From the NCBI RefSeq assembly GCF_009914755.1, contig NC_060941.1: 64,000 nucleotides of DNA; one strand, written 5' to 3'. Of this stretch, positions 31,035 through 46,305 are shown one piece after another. Position numbers and translations under genes: made by a program. Under the pieces are notes generated by a model that saw only the letters and a list, made by a program, of their open reading frames with translations, did no database searches and was not told the DNA's origin. The DNA is from the human T2T-CHM13v2.0 reference genome, Homo sapiens. Positions within the stretch are counted from its first letter, which is position 1; each line of letters opens with the position of its first letter.

Positions 31035-32060
31035 CTCACTCGCTGCATCCCTCCCTTCTGCAGGTAAGATGCCAATATTTACCCTACTGACCGTGGCCAG
31101 TTCTTGGTATTGCTCAAGTCCCCTGGGCCTTCAGACTGGCGGGTGACTTCAAGGGACCAACCACCCTGGGCCTCTCCTGGGACAAACACTTGCCTTCACC
31201 CACTATCGATGTCTTGCTCAGCCCTCAGAGGAGCGTGGTTGGCGTGGATTACTTCATGCCTTGATTCTGCCTTCCCGGAAACCACGGTGGCAGCAGGCTT
31301 GGATGTCACCAAGCCACCGTGTTTCATGCTATTTCTGGAAGTTCTCGCCTTTGTGGCCTCGGAAAGGAAGGCGATCTGGTGCTTTGGGGAAGGCCCTCGG
31401 GATGCTCCTCCAGATGGTCTTCTTCAGGCCTTTTGCTCAGCATTGGTCTGATCAGTTCTGCCAGCTCTGGGCCATGATCTCTTGGCACTGGCGCGGCTTT
31501 CCTTCAATAATTCCATAAACTCCAGACTTCGTGTCTTTTGCATGGAAAGCACGCGGTGCCCATTTCATCGACACCGCACCCCGGAGTCCAAACGTCAGCC
31601 CTGCGGGTGTTGGGTTTGTTGGGGACAATTTCGGGCTCAGGTGCAGGGGGCGCTTCCCCAGCGCGGGCGCGTCCTGGGCGCCATCTGAGGCCGTGGGCTC
31701 CTGGCAGGAGGACCTGGAGCTTTCAGATTCCCGGGAAGGATGCATTTCCCCCACTCTTGGGCACAAGCTGCCCTTTGCTGGCGTTGGGCACGGATCATGG
31801 CCTCGCAGAAGCCCGCGACAGCGTGGAGCAGGTGGTGCCCCCGCCCAGGACTCCTGGTGGGTGATGGCTCCGGGAGGCCTTGGCTGGGACAGAGCGGGGC
31901 CTCCGGGTCGGTCAGCGGCCCGAGCCCGGCTGCGGCTTTCGGAGGCTTGGGTTTGGAAGACACCGCCTGCCATCCCGCGGCGCCTCTCGGGGTCCGCTCC
32001 CCCGGACTGGCCCTGCCCACCGCGCGCGACTAGTAGCGGGCGGCCAGGAGTCAGTGGCAG
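31032..32060 (-). pseudogene. Processed pseudogene of NEK4 (kinase domain plus start of the regulatory region), many frameshifts
   Basis: Intronless peptide fragments: EAP/LSQPRPPGAITHQESW, LLHAVAGFCE, KCILPGNLK, DVWTPGCGVDEM, AFHAKDTKSGVYGIIEGK, PELAELIRPMLSKRPEE, QIAFLSEATK, ATVVSGKAESRHEVIH. These align in order to recalled NEK4 residues ~1-340. Confidence 0.85.
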
Positions 32061-32600
32061 GCGCGGCCGGTGGGATGCCGGGTAGGAGGCTGCCCTGGAG
32101 CCCGCTGGGCAGCGCCGACCCCTAAGGCAGCCGGGCGTGTGAGCGAGCAGAGGCGTGGGCGGCTGAGGGGCTGAAAGGCTGAGGGCCTGAGGCGGCTGAG
32201 GGGCTGAGGAGGCTGAGGGGCTGAGGGGCTGAGGAGGCTGAGGAGGCTGAGGGGCTGAGGGCCTGAGGCGGCTGAGGGGCTGAGGGGCTGAGGCGGCTGA
32301 GGGGCTGAGGCGGCTGAGGGGCTGAGGGGCTGAGGGGCTGAGGCGGCTGAGGGGCTGAGGGGCTGAGGCGGCTGAGGGGCTGAGGGGCTGAGGGGCTGAG
32401 GCGGCTGAGGCGGCTGAGGGGCTGAGGCGGCTGAGGGGCTGAGGGGCTGAGGCGGCTGAGGGGCTGAGGGGCTGAGGGGCGGGCAGCCTGGCCGGTCCCT
32501 GCCGCAGGGTCCACCGCACGTCACGTGGCCGAATGCCCCGGGCTGCTTTCTCTCTGGGCTGTTTTCTCACTGTGAACCTCGTGGGCTCCTGCTCGGTGTC
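31480..32600. promoter_or_regulatory. CpG island overlapping the retrocopy 5' end and the minisatellite
   Basis: Dense CpG/GC against AT-rich flanks; GC box GGGGCGGG 32476; CACGTCACGTGG 32517-32528. Confidence 0.7.
32161..32479. repeat. Minisatellite of interspersed 8-bp GGCTGAGG and 9-bp GGCTGAGG(C/A) units (~38 units)
   Basis: Read directly. Confidence 0.97.
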
Positions 32601-32679
32601 CTTCTTACTCTGTCTCTGTTTTTGCATTCTATTGGCAAGAATGTTATTTAGGATATTTTACTGATATAACTGAGGATGA

Positions 32680-33420
32680 ACTGTGTTTTGCAGCATTTTG
32701 TTTTATTACGCGTTTTCTCCTAGATTTTGGTATCATTTTTACGCTGACTTGATTAAACATTTTGGAAACTTTCCTGGAACTGATAAATAGCTTTTATATG
32801 ATCTTTTTCTTGAGGTAATAAAATAATTTACTTTGAAATGTCTCAGCCTAACAACTTTTGTGCTTTTGTTGTTTTGTGCAGAGGTGGGAAGACTCCTTTG
32901 CATTTTTGGTATCACTTCTGTGTTAATGATTTTGTTGTTTGTTTCGCAAAATCACTTAGTGATCCGTGTTTTCCAACTTAGAGTTAACATGCACCATTTT
33001 GCGACATAAAAAAATGTCTCGTATATCTCTTTGTATGTCTCTTTTCGTTTGTCATATTTGGAATTGTCTTTTTTTTTTTAATCATTAGTTTAAAGCAGGA
33101 ATTTATTAAATATTCCAAAAAGACCGAAGTTTTACTTCATCTCCTAGGCATTCATTTTTCAGTGTGTTATTCACTGATTTCTCCACGTTCATTAATATTT
33201 GGAATAATTTATGTAAATTGATTATTGCTGTGTTACGAGCTTACGGAGCAACATTCTTTGTCTTCAGTATTTTAATGTATTTTTCTATTAAATATACTTC
33301 AGTCACTTATACCATATTTAGGATTATTTTCCTAATTCTAGACCTACTAGTTATAAACTGGAATGCTGATAATTTTCCCTAAGCTTCAATTGTTTATAAT
33401 TTATTCATTTATTTATGACA
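32680..33420 (-). mobile_element. Highly decayed L1 ORF2 remnant
   Basis: T-rich, with GATTTTGGTATCA...GCTGAC and other antisense L1-like phrases. Confidence 0.4.
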
Positions 33421-33680
33421 GATGGGCATAAAACTACTTTATTACAAAGATTTAATGATATATCGTGTAGAGATTTTATACTATGTGCTTGGACACAAAC
33501 ACTCTTAAATAATTGTTTATTTTTTCTACCTGCTTTTGACATAATGAAAGTGCATTTTAAATTTTTTAATTTTTTAATTTAGTTGTAACAGACTTTAGGA
33601 TGTAATGGTCCCAGATTCTTTTGTTATCTGTTTTTTAGCCACATTGTTTATTCTGTTGTCATTATATAATATTTACACGC

Positions 33681-33982
33681 TGTATTAGTCTGCTCAGGCT
33701 GTTATAACAAAATACTATAAACAGTGCTTTCAACAACAGACATTTATTTTTCACAGCCCTGGAGGCTGGGAAGTCTGTGACCAAGACAATGGCTGATTTG
33801 GTTCTTGAACAGGCTTTCTGTCCTCTTCTTATAAGGGCATTAATTCCATCATAAGGACCCCACTCTCATGACCTCATGTAAACCTAATTACCTTCAAAGG
33901 CCCTATTTCCAAATCCCATCACACTGAGAGTTAGATCTTCAGCACATAAATTCTGGGGGAAACAAATGTTCATGCCATAACA
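33681..33982. mobile_element. MLT1A-like LTR
   Basis: TGTATTAGTCTGCTCAGGCTG...GGAGGCTGGGAAGTC...CCATAACA. Confidence 0.75.
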
Positions 33983-34504
33983 CACACTGCTGACCCTTTG
34001 TTTCCATTTCCGTAGTTGTTTAGTGTTATTATTTATAATATTTTGGAGGAATACCCTAATTATAATATGGGTACTTATTAATTTTGTAATACAAAATGCA
34101 TTTATTAAGCAGTGAAAATGCTAATAAAGTCATATAGTAGTTGCTTCCTATACTATATATATCTTGCGATATTTCAGAAAGATTTTGCATAATATATGTA
34201 ATGCTATCATTCAAACATCTTTAATAAGTTGGTCAGAAAGAGAAGAATGTTTTCCATCTTCAACCAAACTAAGGATACATTCCAGGTCCAAATCACCAAA
34301 TACATGAACTTAGATTTAAATGTTTGTAGTCAGGCATTCAACTGTTTAATTACAGTCCACCCGGAACACACATTTTATTCTCAGTTCTCATATCAGCAGG
34401 GCATTGATAACGTGTATTTGTCTAATGGCAAGTCCAAGCATTAGCTTTTGATAGCATCTTAACCCAATTTGACATTTCTGTGTGTGCTTAAGTGTCCAGA
34501 CAAG

Positions 34505-34692
34505 CATTCACCAATGCTTTTTCTGATGTTGGAAATGTTCTCTCTGCTACGAAATGTGTTAACCACTACCCACATGTGGCTTTTGAGAAGTTGAAAGGTA
34601 GCTAGTGTGACTAACCAAATTTTTATATTATTGTAATTAATTTAAATTTAAATGTAGTAGCCATGTGTGGCTATTGGACAACGTGCCTCTAG
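34505..34692. mobile_element. MER3/MER33-like hAT MITE
   Basis: GATGTTGGAAATGTTC...CCACATGTGGC...TAATTTAAATTTAAA...GTGGCTATTGGACA. Confidence 0.6.
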
Positions 34693-34814
34693 GTCATTAT
34701 CACTGGTATCTAGATAGATGAGACAATTCACAGAAGCCTCACACTTAACCCCATTCTTCTTAATGTCAAAGCATGGGGCCTGCTACTTCATCTCTCTACA
34801 CTTTTGAATTATCA

Positions 34815-36385
<1,571 letters not shown>

Positions 36386-37368
36386 TATCATTACCTCTTT
36401 GTTTATTAAAGGGTTACATTAAAATGAGGATTTAAAATATCATTTAAATTATTCAAATTGTTATTCAAAATTTGAGAAGGAAATACTGGGTTACAGAATA
36501 GGCATTATTCGTAAGTTCTGTGTCCTGCTCTGAGCATAAGTGGTCTGATATTAGGAAAGTCAATAATTACCTTAGTAGTACTTTCTTTTCAATTACCATA
36601 AATAAATAATGTAATTACATGTATCATTTAATCATTACATGTGGTAAGTCAGTGACACACACACACACACACACACACACTTACACACACAGAGTGAATT
36701 TACCAGATGCATCCCATCAGTCTGGCAAAACGCCCATGATTAATAAAATATGTGTGGAGACATATTGGTCCCTACTCTTCAAAGTAAAATTCAAGTGTAT
36801 TATCTTTACCTTTGAAACTGAAAGTAAGGTAATATTCTAACTTTTGAAGGGATAATCATTCTAAGTTTTAACTATGAGAATATTTCTATCATTCACTTAC
36901 CTATTTCACAATTCTGAGACAGCCTGAAGCAAAATGAACAAGAATAAACCATATGTATTAACATATATTACCTTATATAAAAATTATTTTGACTGTACTT
37001 CTGCCCTTTATTAAGACATATGCCAACTAAATATTATTTTAAAGGAGCTATAGATGATGATGAAATAATTTTCAAGTACAGTTTTTAAAAAAGCTACATC
37101 TACTCTTGCTGCTCCTGTCACAGCCTAGATTTATAGCTAATTTTCATGAGTTACAGTTTTGTATTACACATCCCCCCAACCATGCCACTTCCCAGCTTTT
37201 AAAAGAACTTAATGATTTTTAATAGGAATGTAGACAAAGTATTGCTGCCTCTTATCAGAATTTACTGGCACCTTTGCCCACAAATTGGAGGTAAAATATG
37301 TCACTGTGACCCTTATTGGTATCCCTGATGTGTGACATCAATTGCACATTTTCTTTCCTCTGATTTTA

Positions 37369-37578
<210 letters not shown>

Positions 37579-38487
37579 TCAAAATTTCTCTAATGAAATA
37601 CTTGTGTTTACCTAAAATAAATTCCTATTAGAACAATAAAAGTGAGAAACAAAACAAACGCAAAATGGAAACAATTTGTATAACCTGGCAAAAGACAGTA
37701 ACATTAACCTATATTTAATGAACACATCAAAACTCAAACCAATAATTTATCATTGTAGTAAAAATATACAACAGAAATTATGAGATGGTTTCGTCAGTGA
37801 AAAGCACTGTGTATACAATCATTCCCTAGGTGACTTCATATTTCTCTAGCCCAATTCTAATAATTTGCTCATAATAGTATAAATGAAACTGTTTTCCAAA
37901 TAATATTAATGTCTACCTTCGCCTATCACCATTGTGTCAATATTTGTGTGATTCTATAAAATTTAGAATGTCTAGAAGGATGCCTTTGCTTTTGCAATAC
38001 AAAAAATGGCCTAACACAGATATAGATGATAAAGATATAGATAGATAGGGGGTTGCATTTTGAAATTTATTTCTTCAAGGGACTTATTTCAAGTTTGAAA
38101 TTATTCTGGTTTTAAAATTAACAAATGATAAACCTTATAGAATGATAACACAATTGTACATGTTATAAGGTCACAGGGTATATCAAATGATGAACCAATC
38201 ATTTTGTGTTGAGGTTTGGTAGTATTTATTTATTTTTTATTTATTTATATATTTTTTTTTTACTGAGACTTCAATTTGAGAACAGTTTTTGTACGGAGGG
38301 GCCCTACCACTGCCGCTTACTGGGGCTGTTCTCAGACTGTGAGATTCTGCCCACACCAAGCCACGATGAGAGTTTTATTCCTCATACTGCTCTCAGTACT
38401 TGTTTGCATCCCATAATATCCCCCCAAAAGTTCATTTTTCATGCTGTTTGTTATTCGCTTACATTTAATACATGTATCAAAAAGTCA

Positions 38488-38692
<205 letters not shown>

Positions 38693-41070
38693 AACTCATC
38701 CACTGTTATATAGAAAATAGCCTAGAGAAGGAAAGCTCCAAGTGCAAGGAAAATCTGCATTATCAAAGCAGGCTAAGCAGGGAAGACCATTTATTTTCCC
38801 AAAAGATTCTATTCTGTGGTCTTCCCTTCATAGACACACATCCCACTGTCAGATGCAAATCCTAGAGCTAGAAATGGGGCATTCAAGGTAGACAGAGCTC
38901 CTGGGAACAGCACGTTTGCAGAGATGGGAAGTGACCCTCCCACTGATTTTGGTTTCTCCATGGCCACGGGCAAAGCCTGCCTGCTCTGCATCCAGGGATC
39001 TCGGTCAGGTGTTGGAATCGGTGGGTGGATTGCCAGTACGTTTGCACTGTGTCCTAGAGAGCCTCTATGCATTTCAACTCTGATTCTCCTTCACCATCTA
39101 CGTGCAGCCCACAACCGCAGGACCCCGCCCCTGGCCCTGAATCTCCCATATCCTGGCGCCAAGCAGGCGAGTCAGCCTAGGAGGAGGCAGGGCTCCCGGA
39201 AGCCAAGCCCATGCTGGGATGGTGAGAAACAACTTTCCTATGCAAGGAGGTGCCTGAGCACCCGCTGATGATCAAGCCGGAGCCCCCTCACCTCCCCGAA
39301 GTGTGGTGAAGGAAAGACAGGCCGGAAAGAGGCGGCAGTCTTCACCTGCTGTGGTTGACTTTCTCACTCATGCCAAGTTTTACATAAGCTGGGGACCATG
39401 TGCTTCAAGGCTAGAGGTCTTGGCGGGCCCAGGGCCTTGGAGGGGCCTGGATGACCAAGGGGTCTGAGACTTAGGCCCTGGCTCTGCATGGGGAATCTTG
39501 GGAAGGTTGGAAGCCCACAGCCCCTACTGAGAAAGGAGCCACGGGCCAGATCTTTTGCACAAATCCCACCTGTGCTCCTTGACCGCCCCTCCCCACCGGG
39601 GCCACGGTGACCAGGAGGCAGAAGCCTCCATCCGTTCACAGGATCAGCATCCTGGGAGGACCCTGGCCTGAGCGAGCTGCTGCAGGGGACCCTCATGCTG
39701 GATGGTTGGCCACTCGGCACCCTTTTCTCTGTGGAGCAGGGATGACATTTGAGAGCCACCAAAGATGGGCAGGAAAAACAAAGGCCACCACAAAGGAAGC
39801 TGAAGGCAGAAAGAGATGCAGAGAAAGTGGGAGAAACTCGGCTGTGCTTTGTGGGGGCCCTGCAGGGACATCGGCTCCTGAAGGGATGAGAGAAAGAGTC
39901 CCCTGAACTTTGACACTCTGTTCTTCTCAAGGCCTGGCCAGCCCTGTGGCTCCTTAGAGGAATCTGGGTGCCTTCTGTCCCTAGTACCTGACAAGCCCCA
40001 GGTGAGAAGACCTGAGTTCACCTGCGCTGCCACGTGTAACCTGATGGCCCCGGCACCCTCGCAGGGTTTGAATAGCTGCCCTTTCCACCTGTTTCCCGGA
40101 TTTTCCACACCACCCAGAGGCTCATATTCAACCCCACAGCCTACAAGTCAGCCAGGGGCCTTTGGCCACATGTACTGATGATGAGAATCACTGGATTGTA
40201 AGCTGTAAAAGCACAAGGATGGTGTTTTGTTCCCCGCTACCCCCTGCACCTGAGGCCCAGGGAGGATTGCTGCTCGGATGAAGGAGAGCGAGTGTTCGTG
40301 GAGCTCTTTGCAGAAGCCACGGGAAGCCCTTCCTGTGCCTTCTCAGGTTTAGTTCTCAGACAGCCCCACTTTCCAGATGAGGAAACGGAGGCTAAGAAAG
40401 GAGAATAAACTTGTCCAGAATCAGTGGTGAGGCTGGTATTTGAACCCCATCCTGTTGGACTCAACACTTCCTCTGAAGAGACAGCATAAGGGAGCTTCCT
40501 ACTTCTGGCTTCGGGAACTGGCAGAGAGGAGCAGAGCTGGGCCAGACGCGTCACCTCCCAAGGTCTGTTGCACCCAAGGGTTCCCAGGGTCCTCTTCCTC
40601 CATTTGGCTCTTTTCTTCTCTGGACTCTCCCACCTTCGAGGATTGGACTCCTTGCAGGGAGCGCAAAGCAGAGAACAGAGGAGGCCCAACTGAGGAGAGT
40701 GTGCTGGAGCAGATGGGGCACACAGAGAGCCCCCAAACCTGAGCCTCACCTGGAGAGTGGCTCCCTGCAAGCTCAGCCCCTGTGTGCCCAGAAGTGACAT
40801 AGGCATTCAGAAAAAGGGACTGAGGGAGGAAAGAAGGAGCCATTCCTCTTCCCAGGGGCGCCTGCCCTGGGTTCCTGAGGGAGGCTCCATGTTTACATCT
40901 GCAAAGCCCAGTCCCAAACACGCCAGAGTGCAATGCCCTCCCTCAGACCCAGGGCCATCCTCGGAGCAGCCGGGAGGCAGCCTGTCCACCCTTACCACAG
41001 GCAGGTCGCCCAGGCAGCCTCCTCTTAGAGCTCCTGAATTCTGGAGCATCAAATAGAAATGTGAAAAACA

Positions 41071-41377
<307 letters not shown>

Positions 41378-42039
41378 TTAATGTGACAAAATGTTAACAA
41401 TGGGTGAATGTAGGTAAGAGTATGTGGCAGGGTGTTTTTTCTTCTTGCAAATTTTGTGTAGGTTTGACGTTACCTCAGAATAGCAAATATAAGAATGATT
41501 CCTGCAGACACACGAGTGATTTCAGCTGTTCACAGGGCTCAGGCAGGAAGCAGATCTCTTGCCCTCCCTCTGATCCAGGTCACTTAGTCCAGTCCCTGAA
41601 AGCAGTGGATGGACAACCATGCCACCCTCTTTCTTCAAATACACCTTATTTTGTATCCTGCCCTTTTTGTGTAGCATTAGATCATGAGCATTTTCCTCTG
41701 CTATAAATGTCCCCTCAAATATGTTGTTTCTTGTGACTCCCTAGTGTTCTACCCATGATTTCCTCGGCTGCTCCACCTTGGTGGAATTCAGTGATTCTTC
41801 TGCCTTTTCACCATTGTAAGTGATGCTTTGATGAACAGCTTTGTAGGTTCATCTGTGCTGCACCTCTGACCAGTCTCTTCTGGAAGAGTCTAACGAAGGA
41901 GACAGAGGCATGGACCACTGGCTTTTGAAGGCATTCGGTGGGTCCTGCCACGCCGCCTTCCAGCATTCCAGAAAGGTGGTCCCAGTGAACAACTCACCAG
42001 GGCGGGGCCCCACTCCACGGCACCCCAGCAAGGCCAGCA

Positions 42040-42258
<219 letters not shown>

Positions 42259-43248
42259 TTAGAATAATCTTGTACATGTTATTAACTTTAATTTTGCATG
42301 TAACTTTTTTAAAATGATTAAACTTTTCTCAGCATATTCTCATCATTAAATATTATTTAAAACATTATTTTAAGGTTAGATAGTATTTTATCATATAAAT
42401 AATTCATATTTACTAGTCCCCTGTTGTTGAACATATATGTATTATTGAACCTTTATGTTCTTTCCAGTCTTTCAATATTCAAATACTTTTTTCAACTCTT
42501 TCTTATTACTTACTTAGGAAAAATTTCTAGATGTTGAATTACTGAGTCAGAGTATAAATATTTTAAAGACTTCTAACATATTCAGCCAGATTGCCCTTCA
42601 GAAATATTATACCAATTTGTTCCAGCAGTCATGAGAACACACACTTCTCTGAGCTCTTGCCAGCACTTGATATTATATTGTTATTGCCTTCCAATCTGTT
42701 AATCATTTCTTTTTCCTTCTTTTTACCCTTTTTGCTTGGAAATATCTTCCCTAGCCCAAGATCAAATAAACGATAACTTTTCTCATTTAAAAAAATAATT
42801 ATTTAATCAGTCTAGAATTTGGTTTTTGATATAAGAATCGTGATGATTGTATGATATTCTGCCCACCAACCAGAGCAGTGCTGGAGAGGTGCAGAGATGG
42901 CCTCCTGTTTCCTGTTTCCTCCAAGTTCTGGGTCTGTGATTTAGGGATCTGCTGCTGAGAGAGGTTCAAAACATCTTCCCCACCTTATTTCATGGACTGT
43001 CATTGTTTCAAGAAGCAAATTATACCATCAGCTCCAGGAAGATTTTCTCCACTGCTTCATCTGTTTTAAGATCAGTCCATTGCAACCTGATTCTGCATTC
43101 TGCCATCTGATGGGCTTCGTGGTGGGTCATGTGAGGAGTTTCTATTTTTGTCTGTGTTCTAAATTTGCAGGTATTTTATTGAAAGTATAAAAGTAATTTT
43201 AATAGAAGTTACTAGCCAGGCTTTGCATTAGGTTTTAATATCTTGTAG

Positions 43249-43542
<294 letters not shown>

Positions 43543-44639
43543 TAATCTCCCATGTGGCCCTTTTTGAAGTTCTTCCCTAGTCACTCATCTCTCTCTTTTA
43601 TTATATTTATATATTTATTATATTCATTTATTAATTATTTTGATTGGCATTTGCATTATATGTATTAACGAGAAGTAATTTTGCATCTTAAAAATGTCTT
43701 ATTTTTTCCTCATCATAAAATTACATGTTCATTACAGAAGATTTAGAAAATACAGAAAAGTATAAAAAAGAAAAGTATTACCTTTAATCTTACCACTTGG
43801 AGGAAAAAAACTGCAAACATTTTGCTGTCTGTCCTTTCAGATTTTTTCTTAGTTTATACATGTTTGAGCATGCATAAAACTTGCATTGATATGATTATGA
43901 TATTTCATCTTCCTATCCAGAAGAATAGAGTATGTCTTTCTACATTCCATTACAAAGAACCAGTTGGATTCATTTATTTATTCCACTGTTAATCTGTTTT
44001 GATTAATTCTTGTCTCCTACTTCTTGGACATTTCTTTGATTTCTCACTAGTTTCTTGAGTAAAATTGTTTGTTCGTTTCACTTTCTTCTTTCTTGATTGA
44101 TAATGAAAGCATTTAAAGATATGAATTTGACTTTTCTTGTGGCTTTGGCTAAATAGAGACAATAAAATCTAGAAACTTCTGAAATAAATTAAACCTAATT
44201 TAGAGAAAAAAGGAAAGTGTACATTTTCCATAGAGTACAAGGCACAACATAAATGTTTAAAATTAAGCTGTTATTAATATTATAAAATCAAGTTACTATT
44301 CATATATCGATATCTTATTGCATGCTAGCTAGAATTATCAAATACTAACAGCAGGACAAAAAAGTCCTCACTAGTAATTTTAGGTGAGAGTTTGAGGTAA
44401 AGATGTGGGCATGATATCACATAGGGTTGCTTTCATATCTATCAAGACCTTAGGTCTGTGATTTTGTGCTTTCTTATATGCACAGAAACTGATTTGTAAT
44501 TGCAGTGAACTTGTAACATACTAACCCTCCTGCCTTTTTACATTACCATAGAAAATGCAAAACCCAAACCTCCTAATCAAACTGATAGCTTCTTTTATCT
44601 CTACCTCAGAATATCAACTATAATGATATATATAATTTT

Positions 44640-45663
44640 GGGTCTGCCACAGGGGCAGAGTCCTCATGGAGAACCTCTGCTAGAGCAGGGTAGAAGTGAA
44701 ATGTGGGGTTGGAGCCCCCATACAGGGTCTCCGCTGGGGCACTGCCTAGCAGAGCTGTGAGAAGAGGGCCACCATCCTCCAGACTCCTGAATGGTAGATC
44801 CATCAACAGCTGTACCATGTGCCTGGAAAAGCTGCAGTCACTCAGTGCCAGCCTGTAAAAACAGCCAAAGGGGCTATGCCAGCAGTGCCGCAGGGACAGA
44901 GCTGCCCAAGGCCTTGGGAGCACACATCAGAATGCCCTGGATGTGAGATATGGAGTCAAAGGAGATAATGTTGGAGCTTTAAGATTTAATGACTCCCCTA
45001 CCAGATTCTGGACTTGCATGAGGCCCATTGGCCCCTTTGTTTTGGCCAATTTCTCCCGTTTGGAATGGGAACATTTACCCAATGCCTGTACCCGCATTGC
45101 ATCTTGGAAGTCACTAACTTGCTTTTGATTTTACAGGCTCGTAAGTGGAAGGGACTTGCCTTGTCTCAGATGAGACTTTGAACTTGGACTTTTGGGTTAA
45201 TGCTGGAATGAGTTAAGACTTTGGGGGACTGTTGGGAAGACATAATTGGTTTTGAAATGTGAAAAGGGCATGAGATTTGGGAGGGACCAGTGTCAGAATG
45301 ATATGGTTTGGCTCTGTGTCCCCAACCAAATCTCATCTTGAATTTTAATCCCCATGTGTCAAGGGAGGGACCTGGTGGGAGGTGATTGGATCATGGGGGT
45401 GGTTTGCCTTATGCTCTTCTCATGATAGTAAGTGAGTTTTCATGAGGTCTGATGGATTCATAAGTGGCAGTTTCCCCTGCTCTCCCCTCTCTCCTGCTGC
45501 CTTGTGAAGAAATTGCCTGCTTCCCCTTTGCCTTCCATCATGATTGTAAGTTTCCTGAGGCCTTCGTAGCCATGCAGAACTGTGAGCCAATTAAACCTCT
45601 TTTGCTTATATATCACCCAGTCTCAGGTATTCTTTAGAGCAGTGTGAAAATGAACTAGTATAC
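44640..45663 (+). mobile_element. Truncated THE1/MST internal segment plus 3' LTR (45299-45663)
   Basis: MaLR-int CATGGAGAACCTCTGCTAG...; LTR TGATATGGTTTGGCTCTGTGTCCCC... Confidence 0.85.
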
Positions 45664-45989
45664 GTGAATTCAAATGATAATACTTAAGAGACTCATGTCC
45701 AAAAGATAACAGGAGCAGTTTTAGAACAAAACTATAATGAAGGATCTAAAGTGCTGTACTGGGTTCTCTTGACTTACCCAGTGTGCAATGTTATGACCTT
45801 GGGCAGGCCCCTTTACACTGTGCAATGTGGAATTCAAATGCGATGGTGGATGGAACCTTGTCCTGAACCTAATTCCATGGGAAGCATTTAACATTTCATC
45901 ATGACATATGTTTGTTGTAGGCATTTGGTACATACCTTTTATTACCTCATGGAAGTATTCTGCTAAGAGGGGTCTGGTTTGTTTGTGGT

Positions 45990-46305
45990 TTTTGGTTTGT
46001 TTGCTTGCTTGTTTTTTAGAGAGACAGGGTCTCATTCTGTCACCTCAGCTGGAATTCAGTGTTGTGATCCTCACCCACTGCAGCCTTCAACTCCTGAGTT
46101 CAAGCGATCCTCCCACCTCAGCCTCCTGAGTAGCTGGGACTGCAGGCACATGCCACCATGCCTGTTAAGTTTTTTAATTTTTTTTTTCAGAATGGGGGTC
46201 TCACTCCATTGCCCAAGCTGGTCTCAAACTGTTAGCCTCTAGTGATCCTCCCACCTTGGGCTCCCAAAGAGCTGGGATTACAGGTGTGAGCCACTGTACC
46301 CAGGC
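45990..46305 (-). mobile_element. AluJ
   Basis: GAGACAGGGTCTCA...GATCCTCCCACCTCAGCC diagnostics. Confidence 0.85.

Noticed and set aside
32161-32479. Exact PRDM9-A motif (CCNCCNTNNCCNC) in the minisatellite or the THE1 LTRs
   Set aside because: Closest matches (CCGCCTCAGCCCC; CCTCTCCAGCCAC; CCTCCCCAGCCAA) miss consensus positions
39364-40933. Minus-strand ORFs of 144-189 aa
   Set aside because: No recognisable domain, overlapping ORFs on both strands, expected by chance in GC-rich DNA
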